Shown here: one piece after another, positions 43,701-52,518 of the stretch
How positions within the stretch are numbered: position 1 is the stretch's first letter
How the letters are laid out: every line of letters begins with the position of its first letter
Virus record (IMG/VR): IMGVR_UViG_3300020173_000001
Span: 1-54,756 of that record
Origin: a virus
Taxonomy: Duplodnaviria; Caudoviricetes
Direction: 5' to 3' (one strand)
Length of the DNA stretch: 54,756 bases
The notes under the pieces: model-generated
The model's input: only the letters and a program-made list of their open reading frames with translations
What the model was told of the DNA's origin: nothing
Database searches by the model: none
Translations under genes and position numbers: made by a program

Positions 43701-45356
43701 ATTAAATTTTCTTACAGCAGTTTTTCCAAAAACATAATCACCTAAAACATTTGCAAAGATATTGTCAACTTCATCTAATTCTTGTATGCTTCTTCTTGTA
43801 ATTGATCTTTCTTTTAAACCGTATTTCTGACTTAATTGAGATACAATTGCATCTTTACTAGTATTACCATCTAAAAAACGACTTTTTAACTTTGCCATAT
43901 CATCTATAATATTAGATAAACCCAACTGTGTTGCTTGCTCTGCAGTGTCTTGATCTCCTATAGATCTAAAATTGTAATTATAACTATCTATATCTTTTAC
44001 AAATTTATCTGTAAACTCAAGACCTCCCATATGATAAGGAAAAATCATATCATTAAATTCTGTTTGATAGTGAAGACCTATATCACCTAAAGTTGGTTTA
44101 GATGTTTCTTGTTCTTTAATTTTTTTAGCAATTGCTTTATCTGCTACCGTATGTTGTTGTACAGCATCACTTTGTAATTCTTCGACAAGAAAAAACTTTT
44201 CTTTTACTGGAAGATCTGGATGATTATTATCTACGATAGCTCCTCTTACGTGAGCTAAAATATTAGTATCTGGTTCAAATACACCAGCAAAATGACTTGC
44301 ACCATATTCAGTTCCTTTAGTGTTTTGATTTGTAATAAGTATTTCTTTGTAATTATCTAAAGGTTCTACCATAAACCCATTAATATTAAGAGCTACTCTT
44401 TGTACATCAGAGTATCTTGTTTGTAGTCCATCAAGAACTTCTATGTGTGTATATGGTACATTTCTATCTGCAAGATTTTTTAATTCTTGTTTAGAATATT
44501 TTTTATTATCATCTAAGTTCTCTAAAAGACCTGACCAATATAATTCTGTTTTATTTATTTTTGGTGCTCTTTTTTCTAAAAACTTTTTAATTTGAAAACC
44601 AGACATACCATCTTTACCAATGGCAAGATTGTCTAAAGAACCTAAAACAGAACTACGAAAATCTGCTAAATCTGCTTGAACCTCTACATTACTAGCGTTT
44701 ACACTTCTAACTAAAGGATTTGTTTGTTTTTTAGATTTAGTAGGTGTTACTTCTGAATCCATATAATCAGTAATATCATCAAGACTTACATCATCTTGAC
44801 CAACTACTTCTGCACCAACACCTACAGTACCAGAACGTTCTGTTGGTGTACCTTTTAAAAACTCCATGTCACCACCAAAGACTGCTTTGGTTTGACCTAC
44901 TATATCAGCTTTAACTCCACTAGGTATAGCAGAACTTGCTGCTTTTGCAGTAACTGTTGCTGCTTTAGCTGCAGGAATTAACTCCAGTGCAGTCATAGCA
45001 TCACCAATAACAGCTTCTCTTGCAGCAGTTACTTGTTGATCTGTAGCTTGATCGTATGATACACCGTACATACTTTGTAATCTTGTATCTAAATCTTCAC
45101 TACCAAGTCTTTGTACACTGTCTTTAATATCTGTAATAACTTCTTTAGTTGTTTCTATTGGACTAGTAACAAACTCTTTAGCCCCCTCATAGATACCAAC
45201 AGCAGCATCTTTGAGGAATCCTATTTCATCCTCATTAATTGCTTTACCTAGTTTTTCACCAAATGATTCGTATTCGTTATCTAAACCAAGTATATTATCT
45301 ACAATTAGCTCACCATAACCCATACCTTTTTTCATCTGTTCATTAAGACTAGTCAT
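40779..45356 (-). CDS. 1525-aa modular virion protein with a central NlpC/P60-CHAP (TIGR02594-like) peptidoglycan hydrolase domain
   Basis: SWCAAFV..GDIVLF..DHVAFY..VVGGNQ; DDIPAQLSEGEYVVPADVV domain; lies between portal and scaffold. Confidence 0.75.
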   Translation of the reverse strand: MTSLNEQMKKGMGYGELIVDNILGLDNEYESFGEKLGKAINEDEIGFLKDAAVGIYEGAKEFVTSPIETTKEVITDIKDSVQRLGSEDLDTRLQSMYGVSYDQATDQQVTAAREAVIGDAMTALELIPAAKAATVTAKAASSAIPSGVKADIVGQTKAVFGGDMEFLKGTPTERSGTVGVGAEVVGQDDVSLDDITDYMDSEVTPTKSKKQTNPLVRSVNASNVEVQADLADFRSSVLGSLDNLAIGKDGMSGFQIKKFLEKRAPKINKTELYWSGLLENLDDNKKYSKQELKNLADRNVPYTHIEVLDGLQTRYSDVQRVALNINGFMVEPLDNYKEILITNQNTKGTEYGASHFAGVFEPDTNILAHVRGAIVDNNHPDLPVKEKFFLVEELQSDAVQQHTVADKAIAKKIKEQETSKPTLGDIGLHYQTEFNDMIFPYHMGGLEFTDKFVKDIDSYNYNFRSIGDQDTAEQATQLGLSNIIDDMAKLKSRFLDGNTSKDAIVSQLSQKYGLKERSITRRSIQELDEVDNIFANVLGDYVFGKTAVRKFNKENDNEFKEDLINIFKGININTGIEKDLVPAKLSDTIRMSLLAVIKESKNNGVNKIYIPTPKVISKAHDLSLEAAKNTYSDGVRKVLRTLNNETNGKIKFKNKNPEGISYYEDKDSVGIEIDITDFDLPDNPQFRFNRGGLAATQTEQMMGMPTAGDPAIIDPTTGQPYSPAASMRQQEEITRQAEAKEEFNTLKLPENIQEEAEEILRPKLRPEGLPNVYETRTPIDKILELGYLIRGKQGGAREPTKIISGLNQQTDLKAIQGFLDTALGENHGLDVSSEEVSWCAAFVNHILTEMGADTLGQKTKYNKIRANEYKNYGKPVDLESAQEGDIVLFDFQKPGEKGHGTIDHVAFYAGGRIEDTAAEGYINVVGGNQRDLERGGVGVTIVRGEERPHLYNISNVAGIRRITYDGDAYKIAQSHKDSDPIFKTFLPEEHEDYALNLQGSYNKGGMTMDGQMEMAFMQQGGLKDDGMKQDPVSGNPIPNGSMAKEVRDDIPAQLSEGEYVVPADVVRYLGVKHFEDLRNKAKEGLQSMEANGRIGGEPVPVGGPKAAPMMQQQMQPPMPQAPTPYSPAPTPPQPQQMAMGGDLSPEEMQEINSIMMAQGGMVPTDPYQQQQTQYQQPMAAGAANGTDMSPYNSNFSFYNPPGMSAKEAISTPNVYSPNFSWETPAGGTAIGTTESEVPVESEETCKARGLVYNPDTKMCEVPLPTVSPTRDDTGPSISDEQDKPADPNAWIKDYNYSSDQSLYASSISALESPKIGSIEALVNKVFGGTVLGTLGKAGTAAQIAANIKILESQGSTELASNLQEQLNGYITQNNLEWIPSFMIDGDQLAAGAKGILKADPTSLFNVGASYRTPTAEQIKRSTGRDVTGGGLEEAKKIIEKTKKEGPTEKQKEASERVKKALEGSKSTEEILKPSRKERDRRESAAERIARDTSAARERSKKAEKKYGKATGGRATGGLVSRPKNK

Positions 45357-45543
45357 TATTTACTTTATCCCTAAGTTTAGTTAAAGATCTTAATGCACGT
45401 ATTTCACCCTGCAGTCTGTAAATTTCTGCAGGATCATCATACTGTTCCATTTGTTTATGTGCGAATGAAATACGAAAGTAAATTTCTTCCAGCATTGCAT
45501 CCCACTGAGGTTTGTTATTTACGACTAGTTTTAACTGGCTCAC
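45349..45543 (-). CDS. Conserved small protein downstream of portal
   Basis: IYRLQGEIRALRSL motif. Confidence 0.7.
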   Translation of the reverse strand: MSQLKLVVNNKPQWDAMLEEIYFRISFAHKQMEQYDDPAEIYRLQGEIRALRSLTKLRDKVNND

Positions 45544-47645
45544 TGTACAGGTGCTCCACCAGTATTACCTGAGAAGCCCTGTTCTCCCGGCTGAGGGGCT
45601 GTACCAGTTCCTATATTGCCACCCCCACTACCTTGGGTATCCTGAACCTGAACACCCGCAGGTGCTCCCTGTGGGCCACTTTGTGGTGGTACACCCGGTT
45701 GTGGTTCAGGTGCTGGTGGTGGGTTTGCTTCTTGAAACTTTTTAAGGACTTCAGCTTGCACCGCTGCCTGTTGCATATTGTTGCCTACCTTATCAGGATC
45801 AAGATCCATAGACTTAGCAATCTCACGTACAATATAATCCATACGTGCAAATGGTGCTAGTGCAGGATTTTGTACAACTTGTAAGAACTGCAGTAAACGT
45901 TGACTACGTACTTCATTAGCCATCAAACTTTCAGTACCACGAGCTTTTACTTCAAGATCACCTTTAATATCTGACTCAAAGTTAAACTGCATATTAAAAT
46001 TAAAGAAAGCTTTACCTAATGGTGCTAGCAAATAATCATCAATATTTTTAACTACATTGCGAATAGAACCGTTGGCAGCAGACATAAGCATAGAGATACC
46101 AGAAGCAGTACGACCAACACCCGTAACCCCTGTTTGACCATGTGCGAAAGATGGAAATCCAGTTGATTCATCAGATAGTACCCTTGCTTTATCAAACATC
46201 TGCATGTTTTCATTAGATACGTTGGGAAATTTAGTACCAAAAATGGCTTGTCCGGGTGCTCCACCTTGTCTGCGGAACACTTTTCCGGGGTACACAGACA
46301 AGTCCTGCCCCGGTACTAGATTAGTTTCATCAATCTCAATAAGTAAATTACCTGATAATGCAGCATTATCTACTGCCATACGCATAAACCCATTCATTAA
46401 GGTTTGTGTATCGTCCATGTTTTCAGCAATACCTACACCAAAAATACTGTAAGGATTCATTTCATATGGTGCTGCAAAATATGGAATGTACGCAGGAGTA
46501 AATGGATTCATTACTAAACGTAACACCTGTCCATTACAGATCCAAGCATTTACGCTTAATTGCTCTGCATCTTTTAGGTCATCAGGGATATCAATATCCT
46601 GTTCAATTAGTAACTCAGTATCTACAAAACCCCAGAACTCTAAAACTTCAAAGCGTTGTGCTTGATCTTGCTCTGAATTATCTTCCATTACATGTTCCCA
46701 CCACTCTTTGTTGTAGGACTCACCTAAACGTAATGCATTATTAATTGCATTCTCACGAAAGTATGGACGATTTTTTAAACCACGTAATTGTGAACGAGAC
46801 ATTTTGTGACGCTCTACAATATACTCTGCTTCTTCCATAGTAGCAGCATCTGGGTCTGGATAAAAATTCCATATAGATACAGAGCTAGTTTGTGGGATAG
46901 TTTTAAACATAGGAGAGTAATTACCCTCTTCATCCCAATTAGCATATTCTTTATCTACAGCAAATGGACCTTTCATAATACCAGTACCAAACAATGCTGC
47001 TTCAAAAGCTGCAGCACGAAGATGTTTCTTTGCGTGAGACTCTTCTAGTTGATCATGGATTTTCTTTTCCATTTTCTTTGCTGCAACTTCAGCAGGATGA
47101 AACTGTGGTGATGTGGGAGTTTTAGCAGGTCCGGGTTCTAAGTAATCCATAACTGGATCTAAGCTTGCTTTCATACCAGAAAGACGCTCTCTAAAATCTT
47201 CATATGTTTCACCGGGAAGTAAATCTGGTAAGTCTTCATTAGCTTTACGTTGATCTGCATTAGTTTCAAAACTTACTGTTTCTTCTACACCATCAGGAAG
47301 AACAGTGGGATCAATAGTAATGGGAAATTTATTACCACCAAATAATACTTCTGCAATCTGACCATATGCAGCTAGTACTTTTGTTTTAGTTACTTTAACA
47401 AATACTTGTGATTTTTCTGTAGAACTAAATTGTACATCAGGACCATAAATACCACGATAGTTACGATAAGCTTGAATCCAACGTTGCTCATCAAGTTCTC
47501 GTGCAGTTTCTGCTTTAGAATATTTATCTTTAACAAATTGAACAATTTGTCCTGTTGCTGGATCAGAATAATCTTCTTCCTTAACATCTTCTACGGATGA
47601 AGTTTCCTCCATGTCCATCATCATATCTTCAAATTCTTCTTCCAT
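45540..47645 (-). CDS. Portal protein
   Basis: 701 aa after terminase; ALFGTGIMKGP, FYPDP, FGVGIAENM, GRTASGISML. Confidence 0.9.
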   Translation of the reverse strand: MEEEFEDMMMDMEETSSVEDVKEEDYSDPATGQIVQFVKDKYSKAETARELDEQRWIQAYRNYRGIYGPDVQFSSTEKSQVFVKVTKTKVLAAYGQIAEVLFGGNKFPITIDPTVLPDGVEETVSFETNADQRKANEDLPDLLPGETYEDFRERLSGMKASLDPVMDYLEPGPAKTPTSPQFHPAEVAAKKMEKKIHDQLEESHAKKHLRAAAFEAALFGTGIMKGPFAVDKEYANWDEEGNYSPMFKTIPQTSSVSIWNFYPDPDAATMEEAEYIVERHKMSRSQLRGLKNRPYFRENAINNALRLGESYNKEWWEHVMEDNSEQDQAQRFEVLEFWGFVDTELLIEQDIDIPDDLKDAEQLSVNAWICNGQVLRLVMNPFTPAYIPYFAAPYEMNPYSIFGVGIAENMDDTQTLMNGFMRMAVDNAALSGNLLIEIDETNLVPGQDLSVYPGKVFRRQGGAPGQAIFGTKFPNVSNENMQMFDKARVLSDESTGFPSFAHGQTGVTGVGRTASGISMLMSAANGSIRNVVKNIDDYLLAPLGKAFFNFNMQFNFESDIKGDLEVKARGTESLMANEVRSQRLLQFLQVVQNPALAPFARMDYIVREIAKSMDLDPDKVGNNMQQAAVQAEVLKKFQEANPPPAPEPQPGVPPQSGPQGAPAGVQVQDTQGSGGGNIGTGTAPQPGEQGFSGNTGGAPVQ

Positions 47646-47654
47646 ATTCTATCC

Positions 47655-49202
47655 TTAATATCCAAATTTTGCGTCTGAAACTTGAAACCCTGTACGATGA
47701 TTATTTGCATCAAAGTCAAATAGGTTGCTACGTGGTCTGGTCATTACACCATATCTTAAGGCATCGTATAAGTGATCTTCCGCATTTGTATCTACATCTT
47801 CTGGATTATTTTTATCCAAAGGTAAGGCAGGTAGCTGAGAAATGGTATTAGTACAATTGTTAAAAAATACCAATCTAGGTTCTTCTGTAAATTCGTCAAC
47901 TTGTAATCTTCTATGTAATTCATTTTTACCTGCTACACGAGAGCCTCTAGATCTATCGGAAGGACGCCACCGACAACCTTTCATAATCATCTGTTCAGCC
48001 AATGATGGCCCAGTATCACCACGATTATGCCATAAACTAGAATCCAAAACACCATAGCGTATTTTTTCACCATCTTCTGCTTCTAGTATCATATCCGCTA
48101 AATCTGTAGCAGTAACCTTAGATACATACATTTCCCTATATACAACTAATTGTTCTGCTGGAGTTACTGCAATCCAAACAACACCTGTGTGGGAACCATA
48201 CCCATAGTCACATGCTCTAAACTTAGCCCAACTATTAGGTATATCGTAAGGTTCTATTACATGTTGTCTACGATTAAACTCTGGAAAGGCTGCACCTTCG
48301 TTAATATCCCAGTCACCTTCTAGTAGCTGTCTTCGCTGATGCTCAGGTAACGACAAAAGATTAGCTTCATACATACCATCTTCTGCTAAATAAGGATTAT
48401 CGAATAAGGTAGCAGGGATAAACCTACGTCTAAATAAGGGCTGACCTTCTTTACTGTGTCCTTTAGGCCAACAAATAATTTCACCACTATCTGCATCCGT
48501 AGCCCAAAAAGCTTTATTAGGAGTATTAGGGTCAATAAAAGTTTTCTTTACCCATTGATGGCCCGGACCTCCGGGGTTGCTTGTTGCCCTCATATATAAG
48601 GGTAGTCCACTGGCTTTGGTTGTCCGAAGTCGTGACCTCATATAGTTCCAAGGATAGGGTGTAGGCCATTGCGTTAATTCGTCAAAACCGATCCAGTTGA
48701 ACGCCTGACCTTGATACCTCATAACATCATCATCACGATCAAGGTAAGACATCCAGAGTGTTGCTCCACTCGGAGCTACCCAAGTCTTATCTCTTTCCAT
48801 AAACTTAATACCGGGAATTGCTTTGGGGTATAGTTGTTTAGATACAGAGATAAGTTCTCTTAGTTCTTCAGTACTTCTACGTACTAAAAGCATTCTAGCG
48901 TTAGGGTTATTTAAATAACGTACAGGATCAGCAACTAAACTATAAGATTTACCACCACCTGCTGATCCACCGTATAGTACTTCTTGTTCAGTAGAAGCTA
49001 AAAACTCTGTCTGTGGACCGGGGTTAGGTTCAAATATAACTTCTCTGGTATTAAATTCTTCTACTTGCTCAACTTGAAGAGACTCTGGTTTCTTTTCCAC
49101 CGAGTCTTTCTTCTTCGAGCTTCTTCGCCTTTTCGAGGGCTTTTTTGTATTTTTCAGCAAGCTGGCGTTGGTTTGCAGCTTCTCTCTGACGCTTTCGTTC
49201 AA
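47655..49202 (-). CDS. terL: Terminase large subunit (true start probably nearer GTG 49100)
   Basis: Walker A YGGSAGGGKS, FDELTQ, ATSNPGG, DYG, DHLYDALRY. Confidence 0.93.
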   Translation of the reverse strand: MNESVREKLQTNASLLKNTKKPSKRRRSSKKKDSVEKKPESLQVEQVEEFNTREVIFEPNPGPQTEFLASTEQEVLYGGSAGGGKSYSLVADPVRYLNNPNARMLLVRRSTEELRELISVSKQLYPKAIPGIKFMERDKTWVAPSGATLWMSYLDRDDDVMRYQGQAFNWIGFDELTQWPTPYPWNYMRSRLRTTKASGLPLYMRATSNPGGPGHQWVKKTFIDPNTPNKAFWATDADSGEIICWPKGHSKEGQPLFRRRFIPATLFDNPYLAEDGMYEANLLSLPEHQRRQLLEGDWDINEGAAFPEFNRRQHVIEPYDIPNSWAKFRACDYGYGSHTGVVWIAVTPAEQLVVYREMYVSKVTATDLADMILEAEDGEKIRYGVLDSSLWHNRGDTGPSLAEQMIMKGCRWRPSDRSRGSRVAGKNELHRRLQVDEFTEEPRLVFFNNCTNTISQLPALPLDKNNPEDVDTNAEDHLYDALRYGVMTRPRSNLFDFDANNHRTGFQVSDAKFGY

Positions 49203-49479
49203 TTTGAACTCTCTTCATTAAACCTACGTGAGATATATACCTACCTGATTCTTCACTTAACCAAGCAGCTACATCTCTGTAGCTATATTGTTTTAGGTAT
49301 TTCTTACCTTCCTCTAAAAGATCTAACTCTTCTGGAATAGGTAATAGTATATCACAATCGTCAGGATCTTGTCTATAGCCAAATGGAACTAGCCTACCTA
49401 CTCTTACAACTTTTCTCCACTCAAACTTTTCGTTTGGCTTTGGAGCAGGTAGTGTCCAAACTTTATTAATCTTCTTCAT
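49069..49479 (-). CDS. HTH/recombinase-like DNA-binding protein next to terminase
   Basis: RLVPFGY..., SYRDVAAWLS..GRYISHVGL. Confidence 0.6.
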   Translation of the reverse strand: MKKINKVWTLPAPKPNEKFEWRKVVRVGRLVPFGYRQDPDDCDILLPIPEELDLLEEGKKYLKQYSYRDVAAWLSEESGRYISHVGLMKRVQIERKRQREAANQRQLAEKYKKALEKAKKLEEERLGGKETRVSSS

Positions 49480-49831
49480 TTTTAGGTGGTAAAATAAACA
49501 AAGGGCTTGCTGCAGTTACTTCTACTTTATCTGATGCTTTAAATCCGCTACGATCTAATACATCTTTAGCTGCTGCCATTTTCTCTTTATTACCTAAATC
49601 AGTTGGACTATCCATAATTTGTTTCATAGAATAAGCAGCTTTAGTTGCACTAGCAGCAATAAAACGTTTAGTACGATCTGCAATTTCATCTTGCAAAGAA
49701 TTTACAATAGCTGAGGTTGCGACAGTCTCAGCATACCCAGCTAATTTTCTTGCTTGAGATAAATTACCTTGAGCTTCTTCAAAAAGAACATCAAGAAACT
49801 TTTGTTGTTTTTCTGTTAAATTACGGCTCAT
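49466..49831 (-). CDS. terS: Terminase small subunit-like HTH protein
   Basis: LTEKQQKFL...GNLSQARKLAGY; AAKDVLDRSG. Confidence 0.65.
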   Translation of the reverse strand: MSRNLTEKQQKFLDVLFEEAQGNLSQARKLAGYAETVATSAIVNSLQDEIADRTKRFIAASATKAAYSMKQIMDSPTDLGNKEKMAAAKDVLDRSGFKASDKVEVTAASPLFILPPKNEED

Positions 49832-50088
49832 GTGATTTTCCTGTGCGGTTTTACTTTGGCTCTAACTTTTTTAGGTTGAGCCACAAACTGCTTACCCGCC
49901 TTAGTGCCTTTTCGTTTTGCTCGTGTTGTAGCGGCATACTCAGAAGTACTAAGAGACTTAATAGCCTTTTCAGGTAGATACCTTTCGCCTGTAGCCTTTG
50001 GACCTTGCGTTGATGGTTTACCACTTTTGGTTCTCCATTTTTGTTTGGTCCAAGACTTCAGGCTTTTTTGTGATTTAGAGAGGGCCAT
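49828..50088 (-). CDS. Basic protein, DUF5872-like C-terminal half
   Basis: LKSWTKQKWRTKSGK..ERYLPEKAIKSL. Confidence 0.6.
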   Translation of the reverse strand: MALSKSQKSLKSWTKQKWRTKSGKPSTQGPKATGERYLPEKAIKSLSTSEYAATTRAKRKGTKAGKQFVAQPKKVRAKVKPHRKIT

Positions 50089-50273
50089 TACTTATAGCCC
50101 CCGCCCTTTGCTTTGTATTGTTTTGCAACCATTTGTGCCTTCCTAGCTGACCACTGTCCGGGCTTTCCACCCTTGCTGCCAGCTTTAACGGATGCAACAA
50201 GACGCTTACGCATAGTAGGCTTAGTATAGTTACCCGCTGCATTTACCGTAGACTTTTTGGTAGACTTCACCAC
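50088..50273 (-). CDS. Basic protein, DUF5872-like N-terminal half
   Basis: NYTKP..GGKPGQWSARKAQ..YKAKGGGY. Confidence 0.65.
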   Translation of the reverse strand: MVKSTKKSTVNAAGNYTKPTMRKRLVASVKAGSKGGKPGQWSARKAQMVAKQYKAKGGGYK

Positions 50274-50382
50274 GACTTATCCCCATATCATGCAGTTCTT
50301 TATTACTCATGTTCATGAGTACCCAATAATCTGCTCTTCGTTGTTGGTTCTCTTGGAACCGTTTTAATAAACGTTTAAACAT
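50230..50382 (-). CDS. DUF1127 (YjiS/CcaF1-like) small protein, 50 aa (not in ORF track)
   Basis: AAGGAG RBS; RRA...LMNMSNKELHDMGISRGEV matches the L..Lsd..L.DiG.sR.ei pattern. Confidence 0.8.
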   Translation of the reverse strand: MFKRLLKRFQENQQRRADYWVLMNMSNKELHDMGISRGEVYQKVYGKCSG

Positions 50383-50427
50383 TGCACCACTCCTTTTATC
50401 TTGTGCAGGAGTAGTTTTACATATTTA

Positions 50428-50456
50428 GTTATATCATACTACAGACAAAATTGCAA
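50428..50456 (-). promoter_or_regulatory. Promoter of the DUF1127 gene
   Basis: Minus strand TTGCAA, 17 bp, TATAAC(TAA). Confidence 0.55.
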
Positions 50457-50468
50457 CCCCGTTATGCA

Positions 50469-50828
50469 TTACCTGTTAGGGTTGTAGAATTGTCGTACAG
50501 AAATAAACATCTCTAAAGCACCACCACCATTAAATGCACTGATCTTGTCACCAGCATGGAGATGCATCCTATCAGAAGTAATTACATTATACACATCTTT
50601 ACCAGCAATAGATTTATCATTTACGATGTGATGGTACGTATTTGTGTCTGCGTGATACCATTGAATAGTTACGTTTTGTGTGGATGTTGAGCCGTTACTT
50701 ACGTGAAGAAAGTCTACTGTTGCATCGTGATTAGGTGGACACGTATAAATAGTATCAGCACTAGCACCGCCTGATGTAGCGGTGATAGTTATTGCTTCTG
50801 TATCTGTAGTGTAGTTACGATCTACCAC
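50469..50828 (-). CDS. Conserved hypothetical beta-rich protein
   Basis: TIYTCP..LHVSN..LHAGDKI. Confidence 0.7.
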   Translation of the reverse strand: MVDRNYTTDTEAITITATSGGASADTIYTCPPNHDATVDFLHVSNGSTSTQNVTIQWYHADTNTYHHIVNDKSIAGKDVYNVITSDRMHLHAGDKISAFNGGGALEMFISVRQFYNPNR

Positions 50829-51296
50829 TTACTTTTTCTTTTGTTTATTAAAGGCTTTCATAGCCTCACGCATATTGTAGCCTTTAGTGTCTTCATTTTT
50901 AAACTTAGTTTTGTTCTTGTTAAAGAAAGCATTAAATTCTGCAGATTGACCTTTTAATCCGCTAGGAGATTTGGGATCTAACTTACGTTTAACTGATTCA
51001 CGTAAACCATCCCCACGTCCACCTTTAGTGTCACTAATTGTGCTAGTAATAATATTATTTTTCTTTGCTGCACCTAATGGTTTTTTCTTAGGTTTAATAG
51101 CAGCAAGAGGTTTTTTTAGATCTTCTGCATATACAGCAGCCATTACCTTACCACTTTTATCTGTATAATAAAGTGATCCAGCTTTCTTAGCGGCAGCAAT
51201 GCTTTTGTATTTACCTGCATTCTTTTTAGCTTGGGCAGCGGTCATACCCTTTGCCTTAAGTTGATTGTTTAAATATGTTCGTAATGTTACAGCCAT
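50829..51296 (-). CDS. Lys-rich hypothetical protein
   Basis: GGAG RBS, 155 aa. Confidence 0.65.
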   Translation of the reverse strand: MAVTLRTYLNNQLKAKGMTAAQAKKNAGKYKSIAAAKKAGSLYYTDKSGKVMAAVYAEDLKKPLAAIKPKKKPLGAAKKNNIITSTISDTKGGRGDGLRESVKRKLDPKSPSGLKGQSAEFNAFFNKNKTKFKNEDTKGYNMREAMKAFNKQKKK

Positions 51297-51306
51297 AATA
51301 TTTCTC

Positions 51307-51579
51307 CTACTTGTAAGTATTTTTAGGGTTGGCGATACCAGTATTCATAGTACCAGTAGATCTAACCATACCACCTTGATTATACATGGCTACTTTACCA
51401 CCCTTAGCGTATGCTTTCTTTTTCATCATAGCACCACCTTTAGCATAACCTTTCTTTTTAGCCATACCACCTTTATTCATAAAGCCCATTTTATTACGTA
51501 CATCTTTAGGTAAAGATGCTGCACCTTTATTTGGCGCTGGTTTTAAACCACCTTGGGCATATCCTTTTTTCTTCATCAT
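51307..51579 (-). CDS. Lys-rich protein made of repeated [Y/M]xxGG motifs
   Basis: YAQGG, MNKGG, YAKGG x2, YNQGG. Confidence 0.75.
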   Translation of the reverse strand: MMKKKGYAQGGLKPAPNKGAASLPKDVRNKMGFMNKGGMAKKKGYAKGGAMMKKKAYAKGGKVAMYNQGGMVRSTGTMNTGIANPKNTYK

Positions 51580-51582
51580 AAT

Positions 51583-52257
51583 TTATTCCTCACTGTATAG
51601 ATTATTAAACACTCGTTGCGTATCCCATACGTAGTCTACGTTTTCTTTCGAGTTGTATGTATGTTGATTAGGTTTAAAGTCTGGAGCACCTTCTCCTACC
51701 TCAAACCATGCTGGATGAGTTACTCTCACTCTGTTATTGGGCAACGCAACAATGTTACCAGTATATTTACCTGCATCTAACAACTCCAATATATGAGACT
51801 GTTTATGTTGTGCAGGATCATCTGCTACTTCACTATCTGTATAGTCAACAGTAAAATAATACTTAGCTGGATAAAACTCCCCATCTATCTTTGCTATCCA
51901 AGGCGCTGGGCTTGCACGTTCTAGCTTATACACACTATGTGTATGCGACATACAATCCCAAGGTTGAGCTAAGTACGGAGGTAATTCTTCAGGCCATTCA
52001 GCCAAAGGGGTATCCGCAACCAACGCAGTAAGTGGCATCCTAGCCCACATCGCTCCACCATGAACGTTTTCTGATTCATCGAAGTCTGACTCACAACCTG
52101 TAAAGATAACTTGAAAGCTGAGTGTTCTGTTGGGGAGCGTAGTAACACCGATGACCATACAGTGAAGAAACTCTCCATGATATTCCTCTAGGTTCTTTGT
52201 GTACTCTCTACGTACCCATGCTTTAAAGTAAGGTATACTGCTAGTTAAATAAGACAT
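51583..52257 (-). CDS. Conserved marine phage hypothetical protein
   Basis: 224 aa, WVRREY, GAMWARMP, YYFTVDY, HKQSH, PNNR. Confidence 0.75.
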   Translation of the reverse strand: MSYLTSSIPYFKAWVRREYTKNLEEYHGEFLHCMVIGVTTLPNRTLSFQVIFTGCESDFDESENVHGGAMWARMPLTALVADTPLAEWPEELPPYLAQPWDCMSHTHSVYKLERASPAPWIAKIDGEFYPAKYYFTVDYTDSEVADDPAQHKQSHILELLDAGKYTGNIVALPNNRVRVTHPAWFEVGEGAPDFKPNQHTYNSKENVDYVWDTQRVFNNLYSEE

Positions 52258-52260
52258 ACC

Positions 52261-52518
52261 TTATGCTATAATAAAATCTACTATTTGTCCAGTGGGTGTA
52301 CGTAATTTATTTGGATTAGGGTTGTAAGCATACATTTGATTAACTAGTTTAAGATCTTCTACTGGTGTATCAGGTGTAATCTTATTAGGTTGTTCTGGTT
52401 TATACTCTTCGTTATTCCTACTTGATCTATCCTTATCTACCTTTTCAAATATAATATTCTCATGTGTCTGAAAGGGCATACTAGGTAAAGGAAAGTGAGA
52501 AATAAGAGTCATTACCAC
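52261..52518 (-). CDS. Hypothetical protein
   Basis: 85-aa ORF ending GQIVDFIIA. Confidence 0.6.
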   Translation of the reverse strand: MVMTLISHFPLPSMPFQTHENIIFEKVDKDRSSRNNEEYKPEQPNKITPDTPVEDLKLVNQMYAYNPNPNKLRTPTGQIVDFIIA

